From Eledone cirrhosa (taxonomy: Eukaryota), in contig OZ024741.1 in assembly GCA_964016885.1 (NCBI GenBank), positions 105,524,001 to 105,588,000 on the forward strand: a stretch of 64,000 nt of DNA, written 5' to 3'. The position numbers and the translations under genes were made by a program. Below, piece after piece: positions 1-13,681 of the stretch. How positions within the stretch are numbered: position 1 is the stretch's first letter; each line of letters starts with the position of its first letter. The notes below the pieces were generated by a model. The model was not told where the DNA came from. It saw nothing but the letters and a program-made list of their open reading frames with translations, and did not search any database.

Positions 1-62
1 TATAACACAAATCACTAACATATTGGGGTCAACATTTCATTTTCTTGACTAAAGATTGGACA

Positions 63-385
63 GTATGTTGGTTACGGGGTTACTATAGATGTCTGGTAAT
101 ATCTCTACATATACTGCTTACATGGCCACAATAGATGTGTAGTAATAATCCTACAAAATATACTAGTTACAGGGCTACAGTAGATATGCAGTAAAAACCC
201 TACAAAATACTAATTACAGAGCTACAGTAGATGTACAATAAAGACCCTACAATATACTAGTTTCAGGGCTACAGTAGATGTAAAGACCCTGCAGTATACA
301 GGTTACAGGGCTATAAAAGATGTCAAATAAAGACTATACAATATACTGGTTACAGGGCTATAGCAGATGTCCAGTCATTAACCAC
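63..385. repeat. Degenerate ~44-bp minisatellite (tactagttacagggctacagtagatg...)
   Basis: About 7 recurrences of the motif. Confidence 0.8.
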
Positions 386-654
386 AGAAGCTTTATAACT
401 TAGTAAAGAGAAAAACAACAAAATTACCCCTTCCCACCAAAAAAAGCATTCCATTTATCTGTATCTACAGATAAAGACAAAGGTTTTTTAATGGAGAGGA
501 ACAACAATGGTAGATTAAAAATTAAAAAAACACATCGTGGGATAAAATATTTATAGTGAGCTTTGATATATCTTGTAGAAAATAACAGAAACAGACTTGG
601 CAGATTATATACACACACATACAAATTCCTCTCTCCATGCACACATATATATAT

Positions 655-740
655 AGTAAAAATTAAAAGTGGAAAAGCACAGGGGTATATTTAAAATTAA
701 GGTGTTTGCTCCAACATTTCGGGTAAAGACCCCCTTCGGT
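655..740 (-). mobile_element. Penelope-like pLTR remnant truncated by the CR1 insertion
   Basis: aaaagtg.aaaagcacagggg is shared with 39200-39230; minus strand has a decayed hammerhead-like string ccgaagggggtctttacccgaaatgttg. Confidence 0.45.
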
Positions 741-3487
741 CATGATGGGGTTTTCAGCATGACTGGCTACAACCTGTTTCGTAAAGACCGTATTAATCGT
801 TGTGGTGGTGGTGTAATGGTCTACGTTCGGTCAAATCTGTCGGCAATTCCTTGTGCTGATTTGAACCAATCACAGCAGGAAGTTTTTTTCTGCGATATAC
901 GTATGACCATGTCAACACTGCTACTTGGAGTCGTTTACCGTCCCCCAAATTACCATCAGGACACTCAACTTTGTGATATCCTCAGAGCTGCTGCCAGGAA
1001 GACAGCCACTTATGTTTTCATTGCAGGTGACTTCAATCACCCTGAGATTGACTGGGAGACCTTTCGTTGGCCGCCAAGTGCAAATGACTTCCTTGAGCTG
1101 GTGCTGGACTCGAGTTGGTCCCAGGTGGTCACCTCCCCAACGAGAGGTGACAACACTTTGGACCTACTCTTCACCACTACTCCTGAAACGGTCATTAGTG
1201 TTACTGCTGAGGAACCTTTAGGTGACTCTGATCATGCTATGATCATTGCCAATCTATCCCTCATGGGCAGTAACAAGAACCACAACCATCTCCAAACTGC
1301 TCACTTTGACTGGAATAAAGCAGACTGGAACTGTTACTGCACTGAGTTGCAACAGCCAAACTGGCTTGAGTTCTACGACTCTGGAGATGTCAACACTGTA
1401 CTCCAGAACATCCTGAGCTCAATATGGACAGCATGTGCAGCATCGGTGCCACGTAAGCGGAAAAAACATCCCAAAAGCGCAATTTGGGAGACTGCAGCAG
1501 TCCGTCTTGCCAGAAAAGAACGGTGCAATGCTGAACGGGAGTACAAACTTCACAAATCAGACATTAATAGGAAGAGGCGAAATAGATCGTCCAACCACCT
1601 CAAACAGGTGACAAAAAAGGCAGTGCTTCAATTTGAGCAGCGCATAGCAACCAGCCCTGACAGTAAGGTGTTCTGGAAGTATGTTCACTCAAAGCAGAGG
1701 CCTCACTCTCCAGTTGGTCCTCTTCGCAATCCCCACACAAGCCAGGTTACTGACGACCCCAAGGAATGCGCAGAGCTCATTGCTGAATGCTATGCAGGCA
1801 TTTTCACTATTGAAGACCAGAGTGTACCATCTTCACCACCTATGACACCGGACTCTATTACAACCATGGAATTTACACCTGCAATGCTGCGACGTCACCT
1901 AAAAAATAAACGCAACCATGCCTCTCCTGGTCTTGATGGTGTTACGTACCTGCTTCTTAAACGTGGTGGGTACTTCCTTCTACACCAGTTATCACGCTTC
2001 TTCCAATTCTGTCTGAACAACAGTGTTACTCCAGAACAGTGGAAAACTGCCAGTGTCATTCCTCTGTTCAAAAAGGGTGACCGCACATCACCTGTGAACT
2101 ATCGTCCAGTCAGTCTTACTAGTTGCATCGCCAAACTGATGGAATCCTGTGTCAGAGAAACACTTTGGAACTTCTGGAGCTCTCACAGTCTTATCCGGCC
2201 CTCGCAATTTGGATTTATCCCCAACTCCAGCTGCTGTGATCAACTTATAGAGTTTCTTGAGGACATCACCCGGATCACTGATGGCGGCTCATGGGTGGAT
2301 GTTGTTTACCTTGACTTTGCGAAGGCCTTCAATTCTGTGCCACATAAAAGGCTTATGGCAAAACTCTCTGCAATGGGTGTGAAGGATGATCTTTTTAACT
2401 GGTTGAAGTCCTTCATTCTCAGTCGAAGAGAGGTAGTCACGGTTCTGGGACAGCATTCCTCACCATATGAGATGTCATCTGGTGTACCACAGGGATCTGT
2501 TCTTGGGCCCCCTTTTGTTTGTGGCATATATTAATGACATAGATGCCAACTTAAGGAATGCCACAGTACTAAAGTACGCAGACGACATCAAGCTGTACCT
2601 TGAGATAAAAAGGACAGATCCTGAACACTATAGATCTTGCTTGCAGTCTGACCTGGACACAATGCAACAGTGGATCTCAGACTGGCAACTCAAGCTAGCT
2701 GTGGACAAGTGCACCACCATGCATTTTGGGAGTAAAAACCCAGCGTCCACATACTCCCTCCACAGCACTAATATCAAGAAGTCTTCCTGTGAACGTGACC
2801 TGGGCATTACGGTCAGCAGCGATTTGCGTTGGACGAGACACGTCTCTAAAATTGTCAAGAGGGCCAAGGGTGTCTTAGCATCACTCAGCAAGACCTTTGT
2901 CAGCCGCTCTCCAGATATCTATTTAAGGCTGTATACAGCTATGGTGCGACCACACTTAGAATTTGCATCACCAGTCTGGAACCCCTATCTTGCTCAGGAC
3001 ATTGACCGCCTGGAAACTGTTCAGAGACGTGCAACCAAGCGAATACCCTCCATCAGGCATCTATCATACTCTGAGCGCCTTGCTTCCCTGGGCATGGATT
3101 CATTGAAGCTCCGACGCCTGGCAACTGACTTGGTAAACACCCACAAAATTGTTAACCATGTTGCCAACAACAACCCTGAGTACCTTTTCGATTTCCATGT
3201 GTCTAACACACGTGGACATGCCCACAAAGTAAGAAAACAGCACAGTTCCCATGACTTTCGGAAACATTTTTTCACGCTCAGAGTTGCTGAAGCATGGAAC
3301 AAACTACCTGCATCAGTTGTTAGCTGTCGAGACACTGCATCCTTTAAGACCTCCATGCTTCCCGAGATCCGCCAACAGAACAGCTAACACATACACTTCC
3401 CTGACATTTGTGTATTATTCTATGTACTATATTGACGAGTTGTAGTGCACCTGAGCACTTTACACAATAATTTCATTATTATTATAT
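741..3487 (+). mobile_element. 5'-truncated CR1-type LINE: APE endonuclease + RT ORF2, one +1 frameshift near 2508-2512, stop 3387, (ATT)n tail
   Basis: GDFN, LDL, SDH endonuclease motifs; NYRPVSLTS, YLDFAKAF, GVPQGSVLGP, YADD, ERDLG, VRPHLE, WN.LP. Confidence 0.93.
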
Positions 3488-3489
3488 AT

Positions 3490-3806
3490 ATGAATGACCA
3501 TGAGATTTTACTATGGGATTTCCCCTCCGAGGCTCAAGTCCGGGCAAGGTTGTTTGTGGAAGACCAGCAGTCACCCATGCATATTAGCCTACCCTCTCCA
3601 CACCACCGATGTTGTCCAAAGGAAAGGCAATGACTGATACAGCTTAGCACTGGTAATTTCGCAGCTCATTTCTACAGCTGAGTAAACTAGAGAAGTGTGA
3701 AATAGTCTTTTGCTCAAGAACACAATGCACATCCTGGTCCGAGAATCAAACTCACAATCTAATGATTGTAAGCCTGACGCTCTAACCACTAAGCCAAGCA
3801 CCTTCA
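3490..3806 (-). mobile_element. tRNA-derived SINE, family 2 (ttgagcaag core)
   Basis: Minus strand A box tggcttagtgg, B-box-like gagtttgattc; similar to 38906 and 43859 copies. Confidence 0.7.
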
Positions 3807-4240
3807 CTAACATAGCTGTATACATATAAGTATGCGTAGTTTACAGTGATATACGGTATGTTTACAAATACACATTTTGAAAACCTTCAGCTATGAATTT
3901 GGAAACTGTTGATGTAGCGTCATCTAGCAGATTCCAGCAGAAGCTAAGGGTGGATAACTGATGACGACATCGTTTCTGACTCTGGTCATTATCAAGTCAG
4001 TGCTTCTTTACCCTGCTCCCTGCTGGAACTCAATATAGACAAAAACATAGTTTTGCCACCTATGTACATGGTCTGATTAGTCTCATTTATATATGGAGCT
4101 ATCGGCTGGAAAATAGAATTAAGGCGTTCACTCTAACATAGCTGTATACATATAAGTATGCACATTTTGTATATCTAGCAATATACAGTATGTTTATGAA
4201 TAAACATTTTGAAAGCTTTCAGCTATGAATTTGGAAACTG
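3803..4240. repeat. ~105-bp direct repeats (3803-3908, 4127-4240): about 1.3 copies of a ~330-bp monomer carrying a hammerhead motif
   Basis: taacatagctgtatacatataagtatgc and tcagctatgaatttggaaactg each occur twice, 326-332 bp apart. Confidence 0.85.
3957..4001 (-). ncRNA. Type I hammerhead ribozyme candidate, U3:A8 core variant
   Basis: ACTGAC-TTGATAA-TGAC caga GTCA-GAAA-CGA tg TCG-TC-ATCAGT; GUC site; C.A mismatch at the first helix I pair. Confidence 0.55.
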
Positions 4241-4245
4241 CAAAC

Positions 4246-6420
4246 TTATATGCTGCAGGTTGGGTCTTCCTCAACAGTGCATAATGCCAGGCCATCGCAG
4301 TTGTTAGTCATTTCGGTTGTGAGGTTTAGTTTCTTAAGGTCAGCCTTCACAACTTCATCCCATGTCTTCTTGGGTCTACCTCTTCCACAGGTCCCAGCAA
4401 CTGGGGTTTCTCTGCATTTCTTTATGAAGCTGCTATCTCCCATGTGCATCACATGTTTATATCAACAGTCTTCTCTTTTGCACACTACAGCCAATTCATC
4501 TTATGCCAAGTTTTTCCTTCAGTTTGCTTATGCTATATTGCTCATGTACACTAAGATTACACATCCATTGGAGTATACTCAACTCATTTCTTTCTAGCCT
4601 TCACAGGTCTTCAACAGTCAAGGTCCATGTTTCACTGCCCTATAGAATTGCAGTTCACACACAGGTATCATACAATCTACCCTTCTCTCTGAGAGAAATC
4701 ATTTCATTGTTATCAGCGGCAATAATCTCTAAACTTCTTCCAGCCTATTCTTATCCTAACTGTCACACTTTCAGCACATCCTCCCCCAATACTAATTTGA
4801 TTGCCTCGGTAGCGAAAGCCGTTAACAACTTCTATGGAGCACCCCTCCCCCAGAAGCTGAGGGAATCTAATTCACATGTGCTCTTAGTGCTTACTTTTCC
4901 TGTGCATCTGACACATATAAAGTCTATCTTTTCCATTAGCCTACCTGCAATCCCATAATTTACATTGTGTGCACCTTATGGAATTTCTGACCAATCAAAC
5001 AAGGTCATTTTCGTGATGGTATCACCTTCCTGTCTTCTTTTCAACTTATTAAAACCTTTGCTTTGCAAAATTTACTTTTAGGTTCCTCAGCTCTAGGTTC
5101 TTCCTCCATGCTTGAAATTTTGCTTTGGACCCTACCTGCACTTCAAATTCATCACTGTACTCATTGTGAACTCTCACTCTGTTGGTTGCTCTTCTCAATA
5201 TGGCCTGCAAGGCCCTCACAAGCCATTTGTCTACACCTAGATTCCTAAGTGCCCACCTTATATAACGTGGGACCCTCTCAAAGGCCTTCTCCAGATCTAC
5301 AAATGCTAGATACAGTGGCTTACTTTTAGCTAAATACCTCTCCTGTAGCTGTCTCACCAGTAAGAAGGCACTAGTAGTACCTCCTACCTGGCATAAATCC
5401 AAACTGCATCTCATCCGACCATAATTAACTGTGCTATAACCCTTTCAGCAACTTTCATGACTTGGTCTATCAACTTGATGCTTCTATAGTGTATCCCCTT
5501 TGCCCTTGTATCAATTTACAATGACACTGCTGTGCCACTCATTGGGTATGATACCATCCTGTACCACTTGATGAACTATGCATCTGACTAGCTCGTATCC
5601 TACCATGCCAGATGCTTTTAGCATCTCAGTGACTATACCAGATGGTCCAGCTTCTTTACCTTTTATGGCTAGTCCCTCAGTAGGGTCTACATGGGGTAGA
5701 CACTCACTGTCCATTCATTTCCTCGTTCAGCACTCTTTCGTAGTATGTCTTTCATGCCTCCTTCATTTTGGCTTCAGACAAAGCAAGTGCTACACTGTCA
5801 TTTCGAACAACCACATCACGATTTTCTCTAGTATACTATCTCACAATCCTAAACACTTCACGCCTCTGATCTTCATGGCACAGAACATGTGCAAGCTACT
5901 TCTTTTCTGCCTCTCGCCTCACTAGATATACTTGGTATCTAGCCACATTTCTTGCTATCTGGTATTGTTTTCTGTCTCCTCCATTTTCTCTAGGCTTGCC
6001 TTTTTGTTTTAATGGCTCTTTCTACCTTGTCATTCCACCATCATGTCACCCTCCATCTTGGCAGGACCTTGCTCCAGCCACAGACTTGGCTTGTGGCTCC
6101 AGTAGGTTGTCCTGTAGAAATTCATAATTTTTCTCTATGTCATATATCCCTAACTCCTCTTCCTTACGGTCATAGGAATCAAGAAGGATTTCTCTGAATT
6201 TGTTACCCACAGAAGGTTCTCTCAGCTTCCAAATCTTCCTTCTACTGACAGGCTTTTGTCACCTGGTTCACCTAACCCTTACTCTAAAGTCACTGACAAC
6301 TAATCTATATTGGGAGGTACATTCCTCCCCAGGGAAGGACTTTGTATTTACAACCAATTGCTTGTCTTGTTTCCTAGTGGGGATGAAGTCTATTTGGATT
6401 GTGTGCCCCCTGACATCTTT
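4246..6420 (-). mobile_element. Old, disrupted RTE LINE
   Basis: Fragments [41 protein letters not shown], homologous to 48451-51084. Confidence 0.9.
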
Positions 6421-6580
6421 TCAGAATTAGCAGAAAGTCATTCCAGTTAGAACCGCTTTTTCTCTGAATTGAGAGATCACAGCTCCGATACTATGGGCAT
6501 GTGGTTAGAATGTCTCAGGAAAGAATTGCTGGACAGATTTTACTGGCAAAACCAACTGGCAGGAGATCCAATGAAGGCAG
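6421..6580 (+). mobile_element. Short 3' ORF fragment of the RTE family seen at 22284-24656
   Basis: gagagatcacag...ggaaagaattgctgga matches 24376-24440. Confidence 0.65.
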
Positions 6581-8438
6581 CAAAAGTAACTAACACCAAA
6601 CAAATATGTCCATTGTAGATAGACAGTTTATTTAAAACTTTTCTTTTGTTTTTCTGAGTGAAAAAATATTGAAAAATAAATTACACATAAAAATTGCAAA
6701 AAGAAAAAAAAAGATTAAAAATTTAAAAAAATGTAAATACACTGAACATTGTCTTACATTGTTTTGATAACATTGAAGAGATGAACAGAAAAAGAAATTT
6801 AATTGGATTCTTGAATTAAAAAAAAAAAGTAATAATAGAAATTAAATTTGTTAAAAATGTTCCAGCAGACTCATTTACTAAATCTTTTCTTTTAGATTTA
6901 GTTTTTTTTAATCAATTGATAATGAATATTCAAAGATGAATGCAAAATAAATTAATTTGTAAATCAACTTAATAGTGGTTAAGATTGTTTTAGGAAAGCC
7001 AGTAGAAGGTAAGTTAGACATATAAGAGCGAAAACAGCAACAAAATAAGACAAAACAACACTATATATTTACTTCATATTTTATATTTCAGGATTTTGAT
7101 CCTCTTTTCAAAAGAAAATTAAAATGGTGTGTGATGGTGATGAGTTGGGCTTAACCCTAATATATAATGAAATATAAGATAAAAGTGTAAACTTGTTTTG
7201 TTTATTTTGCTTAACTTCTATCTTCACTCCTTTATTTCTAACTTGAATTGTACTGGCTTTTGTAAAACAATTTCAACGAAATATTTCACAAAGTTGCTAT
7301 AATTAAAAAGATGAAGGCATGTGGCCTAAATTTGTCATTATTTAAACAATTACTAGCAAAGCAAGCTATAGGAGTACTTACTGAGTTTTTTTTTACAATG
7401 AACAGCATTTGTTTTCTTGTTTATTTTTTAAAACAACTTTTGAATAGAATGGTTTCACTTGCTTTACAACTGGAGATGAAGGAAATGTTATTCCAGTAGA
7501 AATGTGTTGCTAGTTTAGGGCAACAGTAAATAGCAATAAAAACACAAACAAACAAACACTGTGTAAGAAGAAGCGAGAGATTATAAGTAGAACTATTTAT
7601 ATTAACAATAGTTAAGGGAGTAAAGTATTACTGTGATATTAAAAATCTCAAGCAAAATTAAATTTAAAAAAAAAACATTTTGAAAAGAATCAGAGTTAAG
7701 TCAAGCTCAAACTCATGTCATGGATAATTTCCCTTTATAAGCATATAACAACAACAACAACGCTGTCCTTGTCTTCCTCATGACAGGATAAATGTGTGTA
7801 AAACATTACATCTTTTAAATATTTTATGTAAAATTGGTTTAAGTATGTGAACATGAAACTTCAACAAGATTATCTCCTATGAAAGCAAATGGTATCATGG
7901 TTTCCTAGAGAACTCAGAATTTGAAATAATATCAAAATTAAATATCTTCCTAAGCAGAGGCAAGACAGCATTCCATTTAACAACATTCGCAACTACATCT
8001 CCTTTCCATTTATTTTAGGAGAGATTTTTTTTATTTTCTTGTTTTCTTATTTAAAGAAAGAGATGAGAATTACCAAAAATAAATGAACATTGTTAAAAAG
8101 AAAAATCTATTAATTTATAGAGAATATGAAATACTATACATATATATTTATATATATTTGCTTTTATAATGTATTTTATTTGAAATTAAGGCTTACTTGT
8201 ATTTTTATGCGTACATATTTACATATATATTTACACATAATAGTTGCCAATAAATTCCAGATTATTACATGAAAGTGATCATCCATTCTAGATCAATATT
8301 TACACACACACACATATATACACATGATATTGTTACCTATATATATATGTCACATCACTGAAGTAAAAAATAAAACCTGTTCAAACAAACTTTAAACCCC
8401 TGGTAATAGTTATGGTTTAGTGAAAATTTAAATTTATT

Positions 8439-8477
<39 letters not shown>

Positions 8478-8567
8478 CACACACACATATATATATATGT
8501 GTGTGAAAAACACAGAAACAACAAAGCAAACAATACAGTACAATGAATAAATATATACTTATTAATC

Positions 8568-8618
<51 letters not shown>

Positions 8619-9106
8619 ACCCTTAAAGGAAAATTATGAAAATATCTATTTTGAAAACAATTTCTGATGAAGGCAAATTGGTTGAAAGATGAATATTTCA
8701 TTGTTTTAACCTATATATCTGGGAAAAAACTTAATATATTTAGTTGAACAGAGAGAAAAGAAAGCAGTGCTTAGTGGTTGACAAACTTTGTATAATATTC
8801 AGTAAAAATCCAGAAGTTTCTAGAAACCATTAATGATTTATTAATCAACAATGTTGAAATAAAAGCTCAAAGAAAATTCTAAAATCAATTTCAACTGATT
8901 TTAAATCAATAAAACTGAACAAAGACAATTATTAGACAGAAGCCAACACAACATTAATTAGTTTAAGACAATACATAAAATAATAAATTGTAGAACAATT
9001 AATGAAATTAATAGAAAGTTTTGTGGGCATCAGATTGTGAGGGTTAAAAATGATCATCATAAAAGCAGCAATACCCTAATCTAAATATTAAGCAAAAACA
9101 CCTTAA

Positions 9107-9338
9107 TCCTTTTTATATGAACCTACTGTTTTATGATACAGAACTGTCCATTTAAAAGTATTTTATTTAAAAACCTGTTCTCAAAATTTTATGTAAAAAC
9201 CTTCTGTTTCAGTATGTTCTAAACACCAGCTTAACAATAAGAAAGTTATATTACTAAATCCCTCCAAATTCTTGATTTTGAAAATTATTTGAAAACCATA
9301 GGCAGTGTCTTTCATTTAGAAATATGGTAATGAAAGGG
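9107..9338 (-). mobile_element. piggyBac-type MITE
   Basis: TTAA-tccttt...aaaggg-TTAA; body is the reverse complement of 21721-21932. Confidence 0.7.
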
Positions 9339-9892
9339 TTAACATCTGTAGAAGTGATTGGTCAGTTAGATACCTAGAGTAATATTTCAAAAAGAATTTC
9401 TTTTGAAAAAAAAACAACTACAAAATTGTATACTTCTTTTAATCTTTTAACTCCATTTTATGAAAACATCCCTCAATTTTCTAGAAGAATCTATAACAGT
9501 TAAGAAGTGAGGTACCTTCTACAGCAAAACAATGGACGGAAATGCTAGTAAATGATAATCAGACAGATGAAAAGACAATATTGATAGAGTTTCATAGATT
9601 ATGGTTTGCATGTGGAGATATATATATATCATAGGCTACTTAGACACATGCACATATATGTATGTATATATATCCAGTGATGTATATTATTTACATCCTT
9701 GTAATCAGAAACACGATCTCTTTTACATAGTATGTATATACACACACACACATTCATATACAAGTATATATGTATATATACATATAGACAATATCAATAT
9801 ATATGCAAATATATATGCACAATACACATACACACACATACATATTAGGTTTTCTCAAATTTCAGTGGACTATACTCTCTTTAAGCTCAAAA

Positions 9893-10080
9893 ATAATTGT
9901 TTCTACTTTTGGCACAAGGCCAGCAATTACCCAGTGCATTACTGGTACTTTATTTTATCGACCCCGTAAGGATGAAAGGCAAAGTTAACCTCGGCGGGAT
10001 TTGAACTCAGAATGGTAAGGGCCGTGACTTTATGCGTCAAAGCATGGCATCCGACCCTCTACCGATACTGCCAATCCACT
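9893..10080 (-). mobile_element. tRNA-derived SINE, family 1
   Basis: Reverse complement of the 17188 copy. Confidence 0.9.
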
Positions 10081-10199
10081 ACAATAAATTGTCTGACAGA
10101 AGAAAAAGCAAAAAGAATCTCACCATCTTTCTAAAATTTGTGAAGCAGGAAGTAAAACCATAACCTCTTATTAAAATATAGCACCTAAAGTTAGTCTCT

Positions 10200-10440
10200 G
10201 TATTTCAAATAACACCATACTATTTCAAATATAGCCTCTAATACTATACTATTTCAATACAACCTCTACCTCCATATTATTTAAATATATAGCCTCTGTC
10301 ATTGTAGTATTTCAAATATACCCGCTACCTCCATACTATTCAGATACAGACTTTACCACCATACTATTTAAATATAGTCTTTAACAGTATACTATTTCAA
10401 TATTTCACTGTAATATTTGAAATATACCTTTTATCATTGT
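10200..10440. repeat. Degenerate ~30-bp AT-rich minisatellite
   Basis: Recurring atactatttcaaatatagcctct. Confidence 0.65.
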
Positions 10441-11057
10441 TAGAGTATTTGAAGAGTGAACATCAAGTAAAAATAACATCTAATTCTTAATTATAACATC
10501 AAGAAAATTGATAAAGAAAGTTAATTATACTTTAAATATTCCCTCTTGTTATTCTTTGAAAAATATTTCTAAATTATATCTAAATAGGTTTTAATGATTA
10601 TTACACTGTTTTTTTTTCTGAAAAAAAAACAACAACAAAAAACAAAAACAAAGAAAAATAATTTGGTTATGACACACACACAGACATATATCTACATACA
10701 AAGATATAGGCAGAAACATGCATACAGCCAGTTACCCTCAAACACACAAAGAGGCTCCTCAATATGATTCTCATTACTGTAAGACAGCTAAGACACTACA
10801 AACCTCCCACAATATTTATACTGAGATATACTTTAGTGTGTATATGCCAGTAATATCCTTCCATTTTTCTTTCTCATTCACACACACATCAATTTATATA
10901 AAAACATCAATTCATACACAAATTATAGCCAATATCAATTTATTTATTATTTCTGATATGGACTTGGTGATGAGGTTCATTAAGATCAAGATCTTTTCAC
11001 AGATCGATGTCAACTGATTCACACATACATATACACACACATATATATATATATATG

Positions 11058-11116
<59 letters not shown>

Positions 11117-11140
11117 TTATATATACATATATATGTGTAT

Positions 11141-11303
11141 TTAGTTAGAAAATGGCAAGCAGAATTTGAAAATTGAATTAGAGGATTTCACCGTAACCTT
11201 GACTGAATAAAATAGTCTAATAAAGATGGCCTTATATGCTCCGTTATTATTAGACTATTTTATTTAGTCAAAATTAAAGCGATCGAAATCTGCTCATTCA
11301 ATA
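11141..11303. mobile_element. Fold-back segment between (TA)n tracts, same family as 39365-39460
   Basis: 25-bp inverted repeat 11199-11223/11247-11271; ttagaaaatggcaa.cagaattt shared with 39367. Confidence 0.65.
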
Positions 11304-11487
11304 TATATATATGTATATTTATTTATTTACTTGTGTGTATGCTTGTGTGTGGTGTGTGTACATATGTATAAATATTCATTCATGAAGAGGAGTAAACAGA
11401 TCAAATTATTGAGAAACATTTAAAAGGAATGAGAAGTGATAAGAATACCCAAACAAGGCTTTAATCTCACTAATCAATATTATCATT

Positions 11488-11737
11488 AAATTGACCACTG
11501 AGGTATATGTGGTGACATCTCATTAAACTGACCACTGAGGTATACATGGTCAAATCTCAAATTGACCAATGGGATATATATGGTGTTGTGTCAATATAGT
11601 AACGATCAGTGGGATAAATGTGGTGACTTGTCAACATACTGACCACTGTGATGTATGTGGTTACATCTCATTAAATTGACCACTGGGATACATATATATA
11701 TATAGAGAGAGAGAGACGTCTCATTAAACTGACCACT
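11488..11737. repeat. ~38-bp minisatellite (aaattgaccactgaggtatatgtggtgacatctcatt)
   Basis: About 6 copies. Confidence 0.8.
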
Positions 11738-12049
11738 AGTTTAAACATATATGCTCAAGTATGTGTTTTCTCATCGAGCCAGATTAAAAAAAAGAAAACT
11801 ATCATATAACGAAAAGCTCCATGTATCACATAAGAAGAGAGCCTCAGTAAATTAGTAAATATAGAGGGCAGATGACACTCTGATGCTTATGTTTCTTTTG
11901 AGTGCATCAAATGAATTAGTTCCAATTGTTGACAAAGTCTACATGACAGTTCTTGGATTGCTGAAAAAATATCACATGTACACTGCTATTACAAAGAAAT
12001 ATCATGAGAAATATATTTGTGACTGGCATAATGAATTCTAATTAATCAC

Positions 12050-12152
12050 ATCATTCCCTGACATTTGTATATTATTCTATGTATTATACATGCACCTTTG
12101 ACGAGTTGTAGTGCACCTGAGCAATTAATTTCATTATTATATTATTATTATT
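12050..12152 (+). mobile_element. CR1 3' UTR fragment with (ATT)n tail
   Basis: Matches 3397-3487 (gacgagttgtagtgcacctgagca). Confidence 0.85.
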
Positions 12153-12269
12153 CATTTACAGCATAATGCAATATGTATGTAAATTAGTCCATTTTAGCTA
12201 AGTCTTAATTTGTTATTATACATTTAAAATGGCAATATCATACTAATCCTGCCATGAAAAAAAAAAGGG

Positions 12270-12600
12270 AGTAGGGGTTCCCTGAAGAAGGTTTAATAAG
12301 ACTAGAAACTAGCCAGACTAATCCCACTTTTTCTGTCTACAGAGATATAAACATTTTGTTTATTTTCCACAGTAAAGCTAAATTTGAATAAATTTATGAG
12401 AACGGAACTTCATCGAAATTTTTGACAATAGAAAAATATTCTAAATAATAGGATATATAAGCCTATTTGACAGAATAAAATGTCCATTTTTTTCATCAAA
12501 GGGGCTTATATACACTGTTATTTACAATATTTTTCTAGTCAAACATTTCAATGAAGTTTCTAACTTTTTCATAAATTTCAAATTCCGCTCATCATTTCTA
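12270..12600 (+). mobile_element. Decayed Penelope-like segment: hammerhead remnant then imperfect inverted repeat
   Basis: cctgaagaag...gaaactag at 12281-12312; arms at ~12391-12470 and ~12500-12580. Confidence 0.45.
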
Positions 12601-12940
12601 AAACACACATTCGTAAAATTGTATATTTTTTTTAAAGACACAAAATGAATCTTATATTTCAATTGTAAACATATTCAGTTTTCACTTGATATATACATTG
12701 CCTCTTTCATATATTTACTTCTCTGTAACATCAATATCATTCTTGAACACATTCTAAAATATTAAGTTATATGGGATTTATTTCATTGTATAATTTACAT
12801 ATATATATATATTCAAAACTTTAATAATATCATGTATTATAATGTTGAAATTTCATATCACCACATCAATAATGTTGTATTGAGCCAATAAAGTTTAACA
12901 ACTTTCGTAATAGTAGTAGTAGTAGTAGTAATATTAATAA

Positions 12941-13330
12941 TGGTTTCTGATTTAGGCACAAGGCCAGCAATTTTGGAGGAAAGGGAAAGTCAATTATATT
13001 GACCCAAGCACATAACTGGTTCTTATTTTCTTGACACTGAAAGAATGAAGAAAGCTAAAGTCAGCCCCTGCAGTACTTGAACACAGAACATAACAAGATG
13101 TAATTAAATACTGCAAAGCAATTTCTCTGATACTTTAACAATTCTGTCAAGCCAACAATGGTTGTTTTTTTTTTGCATTAATAATAATTGTTTCTAATTT
13201 TAGCACAAGGCCAGCAATTTGAAGAGAATGGGAAAGTTGATTAAATCCACCCATTTTATCGACCCTATAAGGATGAAAGGCAAAGCTAACCTCAATGGAT
13301 TTGAACACAGAATGTAAAGGGCTGTAACTA
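12941..13330 (-). mobile_element. Two diverged family-1 SINEs (12941-13155, 13184-13330)
   Basis: cacaaggccagcaatt and ggatgaaaggcaaag motifs. Confidence 0.8.
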
Positions 13331-13625
13331 TATAATATATTTCAGTGCTGACTTGGGAGTTAATTTGGGGTTTTATGAGGTTGAACCTTAGATCAATGCA
13401 TTATAATGTTGGAATAATTCAATGTTGAATGATTTTAACATTATAACATCTTTATTTCACTATTGATGTCAACATTATAATGGTGATGATGATAATGATG
13501 ATGATAACAATGATGATTCCAACAAGGTTGGGTGATTTCAACCAGCAACTGGTTACAAATGCATTGAAAAAGTCGAAAATAAAACAACAAAACATGTGAT
13601 GTAACAGCTTTGATATTGAGACAAT

Positions 13626-13681
<56 letters not shown>

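Noticed and set aside
669-740. N-terminus of the 621-aa ORF
   Set aside because: Read-through from a Penelope-like flank also present at ~39200; the LINE is 5'-truncated.
8653-8700. CTGATGA...GAAA hammerhead-like string (also 24880-24900 and 39860)
   Set aside because: Helices I and III do not pair, or core residues are missing.
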